A stretch of 64,000 nucleotides of DNA from Candidatus Lustribacter sp. (lineage in GTDB: Bacteria > Vulcanimicrobiota > Vulcanimicrobiia > Vulcanimicrobiales > Vulcanimicrobiaceae), in NCBI GenBank assembly GCA_965277805.1, contig OZ255842.1, forward strand, positions 2,528,001 through 2,592,000. The letters run 5' to 3'. Both the position numbers and the translations under genes were made by a program. Positions 9,440-18,995 of this stretch are shown one piece after another (the first letter of the stretch is position 1; each line of letters opens with the position of its first letter). The notes under the pieces are model-generated. The model searched no databases and was not told the origin of the DNA. It was given only the letters and a program-made list of their open reading frames with translations.

Positions 9440-11408
9440 TCGTCGGGCTGGTCAAGTTCAGCGTCGTCGTGCCGACGTTTTGCACGTCGATGTTGTCGTT
9501 CGCGAAGTTCGTCCCCGCAACCGCGTTGAGCTGAACGACCGCCTTGTTGAGGGCCGTCTGCGCCGAGAGCTCGCGCCCTTCGTTGTCGGCCAGATCCAGC
9601 TGCCGCTGCAAGACGAGGAACGTCGTCGACGTTCCGGCCGCGAAGCGCCGCTGTTCGGAGAGCAGCACGCGCGCCGAGGCATCGCGCGCGGCAGATGCGG
9701 CGGCCAGCCGGTACTGCGTTTCGCGGAGCGTCTGAATCGCGTTCACCGCTTCCGAGCGCACGCGCTGTAAGAGCGCCAGCTCTTGCACCGCGACTTGTTT
9801 CGCTTGTTCTTGCGCAATCGCGTATTCGGCCTTGGCCGTGCGGTTGCCGATGGGGAACTGCAGCGTGAGCGAGACGTTATACGTCGGGAAGCGGAAGTTC
9901 CACAGGTTCTGCCACGACTGTCCGGCCGTACCGGTTTGGAAGGCCGGTGTGGTGCCGAAGTTCGGCACGATGAACGGGATCTGGTTGGCCGGCGTTGCCG
10001 TCGCGTTGTAGTTGGAGATCAGCTGATCGAGCGCCGTGATCTCGCCGCCGAGGGTTTGGAAGAACGGCGTGCCGCTGAGGTTGTTCGGAACGCCCGAGAA
10101 GCCGTTGGCCGTGATGCCGACGCCCAGATCGAGCTGTGGCAAGCGCTGATTCTTCGCGTACGCGAGGTTCGCGTTTGCGGTGAGCCGCTCGGCGCGCAGT
10201 TGCGCGAGTTCGGGGCGATTACGCAACGCGGTGACGATCAAATCGTCGAGCTTCGGCTCGGCCGGCAGTTGCAGCACGGGCGAGGTCGGTACGAGGTTTG
10301 CCATCCACAGCGGATCGGCCGGGTTGGCCAAGATGAGGCCCTTGAGCTGCGTTTGCAGTGCCTGTACGGATTGCAGCGCCGAGAACACGTTGTCTTGAAA
10401 GACGTTGACCTGCGTGTTCGACTCGACGATGTCGACCGGCGCCGCGGCGCCGCGCGCTGCCAGCCGTGAATTCGATGCGGCCTGGGCTTGCGAATTCCGC
10501 AGGCCCTCTTCTTGGATTGCAACGTCGCGCCAAGCGGCGACGAGATCCCAGTAGGCGTTCGAGACGCTGGTGACGGTTTGCGAGGCTTGCGTGAGCACTT
10601 GCGCCGATTGCATCTGCGAGTTCGCGTTCGCCAAGAGAAGCTGGCGGCGCACGGCGCTCCCGCCGCCCGAGCCCTTGAGCAGCGGCTGCGTGAAGTTTAG
10701 CGCGATCGCCGTCTGATAGAACGGGTTATAGCTGTTCAGCTCGGCGTTATTCTGGATGGACTGTTGACTGCCGCTCAAACTATAGCGGCCGCCGTTCGAC
10801 GTCATCCCCGTGAACGCGGCGGAGACGCCGTCGGAGATCTGCGTGATTGGGCCGCCGTTGGGTCCCGCTTGGAACGGCGACGTTGCCGGCTGCACCGAGT
10901 GCGTATAGGAAGGCACGAGCTGGAACTGGACGTCGTAGGCGCCCTTGGCCGCGACGATCTGGTAGTTCGCAATGCGGTTGTTCGACTCGGCGATGGCGAG
11001 ATCGGTGTTGCGCTGGAGCGCCATCGTGATGGCGTCTTGCAAGTTAATGCCGACGAACGGCTGGTTCACGCCGATGAGGTCGCCGGTCGGCAGCGGCGCA
11101 TTCGCGGGCGCGGCGTAACCGGGTGCAACGTTCGGTACATTCGGCAGCACCGCCGGAATCGGCGGCGGCGGCAACGCTTCACCTTGCGGCTGTGACTGTT
11201 GCGAGCGCTGCGGCTGCGATGCCGCCGGCTGCTGCTGCTGCTGCGGTGATGTTTGCTGCTGCTGCTGCGTAGGCGTCGACGGCAGAACCGCGGGTACCGC
11301 GGGCGAGCTGACGGGGGCCGGGGAGGGCTGTTGCGCTGACGCGGGGCTTACCGCGGAGCACAACAGGACGGAGATGCCCAGCATCCCCGCTGTTAAGCGT
11401 ACGAACAT
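9381..11408 (-). CDS. TolC-family outer membrane efflux protein
   Basis: Signal peptide, P/Q-rich linker, two OEP repeats (AYWDLV; RFAAGTSTTFLVL). Confidence 0.85.
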   Translation of the reverse strand: MFVRLTAGMLGISVLLCSAVSPASAQQPSPAPVSSPAVPAVLPSTPTQQQQQTSPQQQQQPAASQPQRSQQSQPQGEALPPPPIPAVLPNVPNVAPGYAAPANAPLPTGDLIGVNQPFVGINLQDAITMALQRNTDLAIAESNNRIANYQIVAAKGAYDVQFQLVPSYTHSVQPATSPFQAGPNGGPITQISDGVSAAFTGMTSNGGRYSLSGSQQSIQNNAELNSYNPFYQTAIALNFTQPLLKGSGGGSAVRRQLLLANANSQMQSAQVLTQASQTVTSVSNAYWDLVAAWRDVAIQEEGLRNSQAQAASNSRLAARGAAAPVDIVESNTQVNVFQDNVFSALQSVQALQTQLKGLILANPADPLWMANLVPTSPVLQLPAEPKLDDLIVTALRNRPELAQLRAERLTANANLAYAKNQRLPQLDLGVGITANGFSGVPNNLSGTPFFQTLGGEITALDQLISNYNATATPANQIPFIVPNFGTTPAFQTGTAGQSWQNLWNFRFPTYNVSLTLQFPIGNRTAKAEYAIAQEQAKQVAVQELALLQRVRSEAVNAIQTLRETQYRLAAASAARDASARVLLSEQRRFAAGTSTTFLVLQRQLDLADNEGRELSAQTALNKAVVQLNAVAGTNFANDNIDVQNVGTTTLNLTSPTTSVLPLPPDAQVSPPPLHQ

Positions 11409-11418
11409 GGAGGTTGCT

Positions 11419-12819
11419 CTACTTTACCTTGACGGACGTCTCGACGGACATCCCCACCCGCAGCGGCTTATCGGCCGGCGCATCGACGATCGCAATGCGA
11501 ACCGGCAGACGCTGCGTCACTTTGACGAAGTTGCCCGTGGCGTTCTGCGCCGGGATCAAGCTGAACGTGTTTTGCGATGCAGGTCCGATCGACTCGACGC
11601 GGCCGTGGAACGTCGTGCCCTTGTAGGCATCGACGTCGACGTCGACGTCTTGACCGACCTTCATTTTGCCGAGCTGCGTTTCTTTGTAGTTTGCCGTGAT
11701 GTAGAGGTTCGATCGCGGCACGAGTTCCAGCAGCGCTTGTCCCGGCGCAACGGTCGCACCGACTTCGATGTTCTTGGCGCCGACGACGCCGTCGATCGGC
11801 GAGCGAATCGTCGTGTAGTTGAGCTGATCGCGAGCCGTTTGGGCTTGCGCGATCGCCGACTTCACCTGAGCCTGAGCGGCGTTCGCTTGCGCGGCAATTG
11901 CCGGTACGCGCGAGGGTGCGGCGGATTCAACCAGGCGCCCCTGCGCCGTTTGGAGCTGACCTTCGCCCGAGCCGATGCCGGCTTGCGCCGCGGTCGCTGC
12001 GGCAATCGCCGCGGTCTCACGCGCTTGCGCCTGCGCCACGTTGGTTTGCGCGGAAGTTACCTGATCGAGCGCCGCGCGGTACTGCGAGAGCGCTTGTGCT
12101 TGGGCTGCGCGGAATGAATCGAGTTGCTGTTGCGAAGCATCGCCGGTGCGCACGAGCGAACTGTAGCGCTCGAAATCGGCGTTGGCTTTGGCGAGCGCGG
12201 CGTTCGCGCTCGGCACCGTGGCTTGCGCGACGCGGAGTTGCGCCTGGGCGCCGGCAACGGCGGAATGCGCCGCGTCGGCCTGCTGGCGGTACGACTGATA
12301 GGTGGCCTCGGCATTGTTAATCTGCGCCTCGGCCGCTTTCACGCCGCCGGAGCCTTGGCTCTTCTGCGCGTTCTGCTGTTCGGCCGTCAGCTGCACGTTC
12401 TGTTGCGCGGCGTTGGCCTGCGCTTGTTGCGCGGCCACAGCGGCCTGCGCTTGTTCGAATTTGGTGCGCTCGTCGCGGTTGTCGAGCACGATGAGGACTT
12501 GGCCCTTATGAACCGTGTCGTTCGTGTCGGTGAGGATCTGGCTGACGCGCTCGGAGATCTTGCTCGTGATCGTCACCGTATCCGCGTCGACCCGCGCATC
12601 ATCGGTCGTTTCGTGCGTCGTCGCATATGCGAGGAAACGGATCCCCCAAATGAGGACGGCGATGAGCACGACGGCGCCGGCGATGATTGCAATCACCGGC
12701 GGTTTGCGGCGGGGCGAGGGCGGCTTGATCTCATCGCCGCGGTCGTTGACCAGCGGCGGCGGTGGCGGCGGGGTGCCGCGACCCTCCGCTGTGCGGGGGG
12801 CTTCGGTGCGGGTTTCCAC
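11419..12819 (-). CDS. HlyD/EmrA-family membrane fusion protein
   Basis: TM helix, ETTDDA, long coiled coil, ANYKETQL, NATGNFVKVTQRLPVRI. Confidence 0.93.
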   Translation of the reverse strand: METRTEAPRTAEGRGTPPPPPPLVNDRGDEIKPPSPRRKPPVIAIIAGAVVLIAVLIWGIRFLAYATTHETTDDARVDADTVTITSKISERVSQILTDTNDTVHKGQVLIVLDNRDERTKFEQAQAAVAAQQAQANAAQQNVQLTAEQQNAQKSQGSGGVKAAEAQINNAEATYQSYRQQADAAHSAVAGAQAQLRVAQATVPSANAALAKANADFERYSSLVRTGDASQQQLDSFRAAQAQALSQYRAALDQVTSAQTNVAQAQARETAAIAAATAAQAGIGSGEGQLQTAQGRLVESAAPSRVPAIAAQANAAQAQVKSAIAQAQTARDQLNYTTIRSPIDGVVGAKNIEVGATVAPGQALLELVPRSNLYITANYKETQLGKMKVGQDVDVDVDAYKGTTFHGRVESIGPASQNTFSLIPAQNATGNFVKVTQRLPVRIAIVDAPADKPLRVGMSVETSVKVK

Positions 12820-13421
12820 TAGCGTTGTACTCCGTTCAGGAAGACGTCGACGATCGCGTCGATCGTCCCATTATCGATTGGGTCGTTGCCCCAAAGCTTG
12901 CGCGCGACGACGAGCTGGAACATCATACCCATGTAAAAGCGCGCGAGAAACGAGGGCTCGCCGTCCAGCCGGCCCTCTCGCACGCGTTCGGCAAAATAGT
13001 CCGTCAAGAGCCCGATGACTTGGCGCGGGCCGCGCCATTCGGGCGCCTCAAAATCGGCCGGACCATGTTCGAGCGCGTCTTCGGCGAGCGCGATGCACAT
13101 CAGCTCGCGCTGCCCGTTCATCACCCGCACGGCGGCGTGCGCGATCGTCTTGATGTCGGCCCCAATATCGGTACCGTTCAGTTCGCCGATTACGCTGCGA
13201 AGAGTTTCGATCGCGCATGAGTCTTCGCGCATCGCGCCGATGAGCGCGGCCTTCGAGCCGAAGTGGCGGAAGAGCGTCGCTTCGTTGACGCCGGCGCGTT
13301 CGGCAACTTCCCGGGTGGTGGTGCCGCGCGTGCCGTTGCGTTCGAAAATCTCGCGCGTTGCGGCGAGAATGCGGGCGCGCGTTTCCTCGACTCCGGCGTG
13401 GGTGCGTTGCGGTGCCAGCAT
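12819..13421 (-). CDS. TetR/AcrR-family transcriptional regulator
   Basis: TTTREVAERAGVNEATLFRHFGSK helix-turn-helix. Confidence 0.93.
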   Translation of the reverse strand: MLAPQRTHAGVEETRARILAATREIFERNGTRGTTTREVAERAGVNEATLFRHFGSKAALIGAMREDSCAIETLRSVIGELNGTDIGADIKTIAHAAVRVMNGQRELMCIALAEDALEHGPADFEAPEWRGPRQVIGLLTDYFAERVREGRLDGEPSFLARFYMGMMFQLVVARKLWGNDPIDNGTIDAIVDVFLNGVQR

Positions 13422-14410
13422 CAGTTATCTTTCACGAAGACCGAGGGGTCGACCGCGACATTGGTTTGGTAGTCGCCGTACGTGCCGTACGCGACGGCGC
13501 GCACGTGCGGAATCTTGATGTCGGCGCGCTGCGAGACCAGCAGCCGGTATCCGCCGATGTCGCGGAACGACTGCGACATCGTGATCGAGCCGCCGTTATA
13601 GTAATCGTAACGAATCTGATCGATCGACCAGGTGGCCGGATCGACGAGGACTGTTTCGTGATCGATCATGCCGCGCACGCGCTGCACCATCGTCAGCGTG
13701 ATATCGCGATGATGCTCGAAGAGCGATTCGCCCGAGTTCGTGATCACGAAGTGGCGCTCCCAATTCGCGGGGTCGCCGACATCGGTATAGAGTTTCTCGA
13801 AGCCGCGCGCATACGACGGCAGCTTGTCGAAAACGACCTCGTAGTTCGACGGGCGCTGATAGTACGTCGTCGCATCGAGGTGTTCGCGGATGAACGGGAA
13901 CGAGCTCAAGCGGATGTCGACGTGCAAGCGGCCCTGAAACGACGAGAGATTCGGATTGCGTTCGATCACGCGCGCGATGATCGCCGCCGGATCGGAGGGC
14001 ACGGCTTGCGGTGCGACGGCGGCCTTCGCCGGCAACGAGCCGGCGGCACTGACGAACGCCGCCAGCATGGCCGCCACGACGCGGGGGATCCAGCGCCGGT
14101 GGCCGTTGCGCGGAGTGGCGTCCGGATCGAGCGGGAGCGCGAAGACGCGGTCGAGGCCGTAGAGCGCGAGCGCGTCGCGCAGGGCCGGAGTGCGCGGCTC
14201 GACGGCGATCGCGCCGCCCACTTCGCGCACCCGCCGCAGGCCGCCGACGAGCGTGGCGACGAGTTCGGGGGGCAGGGCCTCGCCCTCCAGCGCCACGATA
14301 AGACGGGGCGCCCGGACCTTGGCGTCGAGCAAATCGTCGACCAGCGCGTCGAAGTGGGCGCGGGCGTTTTCGTCGTCGACGGCTAACGTGAGGTGGGTCG
14401 GTTCGTTCAT
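13421..14410 (-). CDS. Membrane protein with degenerate STAS-like N-domain, TM/signal segment and LolA-like extracytoplasmic domain
   Basis: LRRVREVGG..LALYGLDRVF resembles STAS; beta-rich C-domain resembles LolA fold; ATG at 14410 chosen because it lies downstream of the predicted promoter. Confidence 0.55.
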   Translation of the reverse strand: MNEPTHLTLAVDDENARAHFDALVDDLLDAKVRAPRLIVALEGEALPPELVATLVGGLRRVREVGGAIAVEPRTPALRDALALYGLDRVFALPLDPDATPRNGHRRWIPRVVAAMLAAFVSAAGSLPAKAAVAPQAVPSDPAAIIARVIERNPNLSSFQGRLHVDIRLSSFPFIREHLDATTYYQRPSNYEVVFDKLPSYARGFEKLYTDVGDPANWERHFVITNSGESLFEHHRDITLTMVQRVRGMIDHETVLVDPATWSIDQIRYDYYNGGSITMSQSFRDIGGYRLLVSQRADIKIPHVRAVAYGTYGDYQTNVAVDPSVFVKDN

Positions 14411-14421
14411 AGCTCTCATCA

Positions 14422-14483
14422 TGCGTGTAAGTACTTGCATAACTATAACGCAAGCCATCTCCGAGTGCAAGTACTCGCTTGCA
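14422..14483 (-). promoter_or_regulatory. sigma70-type promoter with two TGCAAG-N6-CTTGCA-type operators (putative TetR sites)
   Basis: Minus strand TTGCAC(14470-14465)-N17-TATAGT(14447-14442); palindrome TGCAAG-TACTCG-CTTGCA at 14466-14483 and a degenerate copy at 14422-14439. Confidence 0.65.
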
Positions 14484-14514
14484 TTTCATTTCCGTCCCGT
14501 ACGGTGGGCCGGCG

Positions 14515-15300
14515 GTGATTGATTCCGCGGAGGTGGCGATTGCCGCCGAGGGCGCCGGATTGGGCGCCGCCACGATCTATCTGGCCGCCCTCGATCGCGA
14601 GCGGCCGCGCCTAGCCCTCGATTCCGGGCGCCCGATCTATCCCGCCAGCATGATCAAGGTGCCGTTGGCGGCCGCCGCCGCATCCGCGGTCGAGGCCGGC
14701 CGGGCGCGCTGGGGCGATCAGGTCGAGGTCCTCGCGGCCAACATGACCTTTAACGACGCGCCCTCTCCCCTCGAGCCCGGCTACGTCGCAACGGTGATCG
14801 AGCTGGTCGAACTGATGCTGACGCGCTCGGACAACGTCGCGACCAACGTGTTGATGGACGTTCTCGGCCGCGAGCCGGCCACGCTCGACGCCCGGGCGCT
14901 CGGACTGCGCGAGACCGCGTTCCGGCGCAAGCTCTCCGGGAAGCTGCCGCTGATCGACGACCCCGCCGCCACCGGCCGCAACAGCCACCCGGCGCGCGAA
15001 GCCGCCGACTTGTTCGAGGGCATCGCGCGCGGGCGCATCCCGTCGAGCCCGCTGCTGCACCGCTTCTTGCGCGGTCAAGTCTGGAACACCAAACTCTCGG
15101 CCGGCCTCGAGTCCGGCGATCGCTTCGCGCACAAGACCGGCGACACCGACGACACGAGCCACGATGGCGGCATCCTCGAACTCGCCGGCGGCGGGCGCTA
15201 CGTCATCGTCGTCTATAGCGAACTTGCGTCAAACGACGAGACCGACGCGCGCTTCGCCGCCTTCATGCGCGGGCTCCGGCCCCGGCTCGTCGAGGGGTGA
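14515..15300 (+). CDS. Class A beta-lactamase-like serine hydrolase
   Basis: ASMIK (SxxK), SDN and HKTG motifs; start uncertain. Confidence 0.85.
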   Translation: MIDSAEVAIAAEGAGLGAATIYLAALDRERPRLALDSGRPIYPASMIKVPLAAAAASAVEAGRARWGDQVEVLAANMTFNDAPSPLEPGYVATVIELVELMLTRSDNVATNVLMDVLGREPATLDARALGLRETAFRRKLSGKLPLIDDPAATGRNSHPAREAADLFEGIARGRIPSSPLLHRFLRGQVWNTKLSAGLESGDRFAHKTGDTDDTSHDGGILELAGGGRYVIVVYSELASNDETDARFAAFMRGLRPRLVEG

Positions 15301-15328
15301 GGAGAACGGGCGCGAAACTTTTTTGCCC

Positions 15329-16462
15329 ATGAAGAACACGCTGTTGTGCGCGCTGGCGCTCACACTCGCGCTCGGCACCGCGCTTCCCGGTGCAGCCGCG
15401 ACCCGCGGCCCCGCTGCGGGCAAGACCGTCAAAATCGGTGTCATCGCCGATGTAACGGGCTCCGGTGCCGTCTACGGCACGATGCAAAAGAACGCATACG
15501 ATCTGGCCAACGACGACGTGATGTCGGGCGTCATCGACGCCGGCGGCGCGAACCTCTCGTTCGACGTCGAAGACGCCGCGAGCGATCCGGCCCAAGTCGT
15601 GAACCTGATGCAGAAGTTCACCACTGACGGTTCGACGCCGCTGGTGCTCGGCCCAACGCTCTCGGGCGAAGCGTTCCGCGCGTTTCCGATCGCGAAAGCC
15701 GCGAACTTCCCGGTGATGGGCACGTCGACGACGGCCGAAGGCGTGACCGCGATCGGACCGACGGTCTTCCGCGACTCGCTGGCCGAATCGCAGGCGATCC
15801 CGCCGACGGTTGCGCGCGTGCAGCAAACCTGGCATGCCAAAACCGTGGCGATCATCTACGGCGACGACAACGCGTTCACCAAAACCGACGGCGATCTGTT
15901 CGCGCGCGAATTCCAGAAGAGCGGCGCAACCGTTGTCGATACCGAGACCTTCCACATCGGCGATAAAGATTTCGGACCGGCGCTGACCAAGATCGCGTCG
16001 AAAAAGCCCGATGTGATCGCGATCGGCGGCCTCTTCCCCGAAGCGACGCAGATCATTGCCCAAGCCGGCAAGCTCGGCATCAAGGCCCACATGCTCGGCG
16101 GCAACGGCCTCAACTCCACCCAGATGTATCAGACGGCCGGCCCGGCGTCGGTCGGCGTGGTCGTCGGTGCGGCGTGGTTCATCGGCGGCAAGTACACCGG
16201 CAACCTCGAATTCGTGCAGCGCTTCAAAAAGAAGTACGGCACGACGCCCGATCAGTTCGCGGCGCAAGCGTACGCCGCGGCCCAAGTCGTCGCATCGCTC
16301 GTCAAGGCGGGCGCCACCACGAAGGAAACGATGCTCGCCGGCTTGCGCAACGTGCGCGTCGTGCAAACGGTGCTCGGCCCGATCGCCTTCGATCAGAACC
16401 GCGACGTAAAAGCCGCGCCGGTGGTGCTGAAGATCGTCAAGGGCGGCTTCGCCTATCTGTAA
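15329..16462 (+). CDS. Branched-chain amino acid-type ABC substrate-binding protein (LivJ/K-like)
   Basis: Signal peptide MKNTLLCALALTLALG; VKIGVI..TGSGAVYG; first gene of a Liv-type operon. Confidence 0.9.
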   Translation: MKNTLLCALALTLALGTALPGAAATRGPAAGKTVKIGVIADVTGSGAVYGTMQKNAYDLANDDVMSGVIDAGGANLSFDVEDAASDPAQVVNLMQKFTTDGSTPLVLGPTLSGEAFRAFPIAKAANFPVMGTSTTAEGVTAIGPTVFRDSLAESQAIPPTVARVQQTWHAKTVAIIYGDDNAFTKTDGDLFAREFQKSGATVVDTETFHIGDKDFGPALTKIASKKPDVIAIGGLFPEATQIIAQAGKLGIKAHMLGGNGLNSTQMYQTAGPASVGVVVGAAWFIGGKYTGNLEFVQRFKKKYGTTPDQFAAQAYAAAQVVASLVKAGATTKETMLAGLRNVRVVQTVLGPIAFDQNRDVKAAPVVLKIVKGGFAYL

Positions 16463-16480
16463 GATTCGAGTCGCTTAGCT

Positions 16481-17359
16481 TTGCTCGCGCAACAGCTCGT
16501 CAACGGTCTCTTCCTCGGCGCCGTTTACGCGCTGTTCGCGGTCGGTTACACGCTCGTCTTCGGCGTGCTCGACATCCTCAATCTCGCGCACGCCGCGATC
16601 TACATGATCGCCGCGTTCACCGCATACTCGCTGGTGGCGCACGGCTTGCCGATCGGCATCGCATTTGCCGGCGGCGTGCTCGTGGCCGGCGTCGTCGGGA
16701 TCCTGCTCGACCGGATCGCGTTCGCGCCGTTGCGCCGGCGTAATGCCGGCACGCTGGTGCCCCTGATCTCCTCGATCGGCGCCGCGATCATCATCGGCGC
16801 GGTCGCGCGCGGGATCTACGGCATCAACGAGCGCCACTTCGTCGACGGCGGTATCGACTCGCCGCCGATCCATCTAGGCCCGGTAACCTTTACCGCGGTC
16901 GAAGCGATCATTTTCGCGACGGCGATCGCACTGATGCTCGTGCTGAGCTACGTGCTGCGCGCAACGACGCTCGGGCGCAATATCCGCGCCGTGTCGCAAG
17001 ACCGCATCGCCGCGGCGCTCCTCGGCGTCAACATCGAGCGCACGATCGCTGCGACCTTCTTCATCGCTTCGGCGCTCGGCGGCGCAGCCGGCATTCTCAC
17101 CGGGCTGGAATACAACTCCGTAAGCATCGACATGGCCGGTTCGATCGAGCTCAAGGGATTGGCGGTGATCGTTCTCGGCGGTATGGGCAGCATCACGGGT
17201 GCCGTGATCGGGGGCTTCGTGATCGGTGCCGTCGAGACGCTGGCCGTCGCTTACGGGCTCTCGGAATGGCGCGACGCCCTAACGTTCGGCGTGATGTTCG
17301 CGATCTTGGTGGCGCGTCCGGCCGGCATCTTCGGCGCGCGCGCGCTTCGCAACGCGTGA
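16481..17359 (+). CDS. livH: Liv-type ABC permease
   Basis: QQLVNGLFLGAVYALFAVGYTLVFGVL..LNLAH. Confidence 0.9.
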   Translation: MLAQQLVNGLFLGAVYALFAVGYTLVFGVLDILNLAHAAIYMIAAFTAYSLVAHGLPIGIAFAGGVLVAGVVGILLDRIAFAPLRRRNAGTLVPLISSIGAAIIIGAVARGIYGINERHFVDGGIDSPPIHLGPVTFTAVEAIIFATAIALMLVLSYVLRATTLGRNIRAVSQDRIAAALLGVNIERTIAATFFIASALGGAAGILTGLEYNSVSIDMAGSIELKGLAVIVLGGMGSITGAVIGGFVIGAVETLAVAYGLSEWRDALTFGVMFAILVARPAGIFGARALRNA

Positions 17360-18210
17360 GCTTCTTCGTCCAGTTCTACGCGCAGCACTCGCGGCTGCTC
17401 GATGAGATCGGCATCAACGCGCTGCTCGCGCTTTCGCTCTCGGTTTCGCTTCAGGCCGGGCAACTGGCGCTGGCGCAAGCGGCCTTTGCCGGAATCGCGG
17501 CGTACGTAGCGGCGATTGCGAGCGTGCAATACCACTGGCCGCTCTTCCCGAGCATTCTGCTGGCCGTTATTTGCTCGACGCTCGTCGCGGCATTGCTCGC
17601 CTATCCGGTGCGGCAGTTGCGCGGCATCTTTCTCGCCATTGCAACGATCGGTTTCGGCGAGATCCTGCGCGTGGTCCTAAACAACCTCGCCATCACCGGC
17701 GGCGCCGAGGGACTGAGCGGAATCCCGAACGACGTCAACACCGCCATCATCTACGGCGGGCTCGTGCTGGTGGCGGTAGCGCTGTTCGCTTTGTCGCGCA
17801 CGAAGTTCGCGCTTGCCGTCGCCCTCACGCGCGAGGACGAGGCGGCGGCGCGCGGCGTCGGCGTCGACACCGGCATGGTGCGTTTCGCCTCGCTCGCGCT
17901 GGGCGGAGCAATCGCGGGCCTTGCCGGCGCGCTCTACGCGCACGCGTTTTATTTTCTCACGCCCAGCGACTTCGGCTTTCCGCGCATGGAACAGATCCTC
18001 GTGTGGTGCGTGATCGGCGGCGTGACGAGCCCGATCGGCGCAGTGGCCGGCGCGGCGTTCCTCTCGATCTTGCCGGAGGTCATTCGCGGTCTCGCCGACT
18101 TCCGCGAGATCACGAACGGCATCATTTTGCTGGCCGTGATCCTGTTCGCGCCGAGCGGCTTCTCCGCATTATGGCGCTCGCGACGCGCAACGGTGCGGCG
18201 CGATGCCTGA
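17356..18210 (+). CDS. livM: Liv-type ABC permease
   Basis: GQLALAQAAF, LRGIFLAIATIGFGE, TGGAEGL; GTGA overlap with livH. Confidence 0.88.
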   Translation: MSFFVQFYAQHSRLLDEIGINALLALSLSVSLQAGQLALAQAAFAGIAAYVAAIASVQYHWPLFPSILLAVICSTLVAALLAYPVRQLRGIFLAIATIGFGEILRVVLNNLAITGGAEGLSGIPNDVNTAIIYGGLVLVAVALFALSRTKFALAVALTREDEAAARGVGVDTGMVRFASLALGGAIAGLAGALYAHAFYFLTPSDFGFPRMEQILVWCVIGGVTSPIGAVAGAAFLSILPEVIRGLADFREITNGIILLAVILFAPSGFSALWRSRRATVRRDA

Positions 18211-18928
18211 GACGCTCGTCCTCGATCGCGTCGGCGTTCGCTACGGCGGCGTCATCGCGCTCAGCGACGTGTCGCTGGCGGTTTCGCCCGGCGCAACGCT
18301 CGGCCTGATCGGGCCCAACGGCGCCGGCAAAACGACGCTCATCAATGCCACCACCGGCATCGCACCGCTGACCACCGGAACGATCGCGCTGGGAGACCGC
18401 CGGCTGAACGGATTGCCGCCGCACCGCATCGCACGCGCCGGTATCGCGCGCACCTACCAGAACATCCGCCTCTTCGGTGCGCTCGACGTGCGCACGAACC
18501 TCGCGGCCGGCGCCTTCGCGCAGCCCGGCGCGCTCAGCGACGACGCCGCGCGCGCGTTGCTCGAACGCGCCGGCGTTCCCGATCTCGATCTGGACGCGCT
18601 CGCCGCCGCACTGCCGTACGGCGATCAACGCCGCCTCGAGATCGCGCGCGCCCTCGCCGCCCGCCCGTCGATTCTGATGCTCGACGAGCCCGCTGCGGGC
18701 ATGAACCCCGCCGAGACCGCGCGCCTAGTCGAAACGATTCGCGCCATCGCAAGCACCGGCATCGGCATCCTGCTGATCGAACACGACATGACGCTCGTGC
18801 GCGCCGCCTGCGACAACGTCGTCGTCCTGAACTTCGGTGAAGTCCTCGCCCGCGGCACCCCCGCCGAAATCGCCCGCAACCCAGCCGTGATCGAAGCCTA
18901 CCTCGGCACAACCGCCGGTGTGATGTAA
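18203..18928 (+). CDS. livG: Liv-type ABC ATPase
   Basis: GPNGAGKTT, LPYGDQRRLEIARAL, DEPAAGMN, VIEAYLG. Confidence 0.92.
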   Translation: MPETLVLDRVGVRYGGVIALSDVSLAVSPGATLGLIGPNGAGKTTLINATTGIAPLTTGTIALGDRRLNGLPPHRIARAGIARTYQNIRLFGALDVRTNLAAGAFAQPGALSDDAARALLERAGVPDLDLDALAAALPYGDQRRLEIARALAARPSILMLDEPAAGMNPAETARLVETIRAIASTGIGILLIEHDMTLVRAACDNVVVLNFGEVLARGTPAEIARNPAVIEAYLGTTAGVM

Positions 18929-18944
18929 TGGCCGTGCCGCTTAA

Positions 18945-18990
18945 TGTCGTCCCGAGCAAAGCGCCGACAGGCGCGTCGTCGAGGGACAGC
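18945..18990. repeat. REP-like repeat, copy 2 (long form with inner GCGCC/GGCGC hairpin)
   Basis: TGTCGTCCCGAGC-AAAGCGCCGACAGGCGCGTC-GTCGAGGGACAGC between livG and livF. Confidence 0.7.
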
Positions 18991-18995
18991 CACTA

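Noticed and set aside
11229-11267. CTG triplet runs as a phase-variable repeat
   Set aside because: In-frame poly-Gln in the disordered TolC N-terminal linker; slippage would not shift the frame
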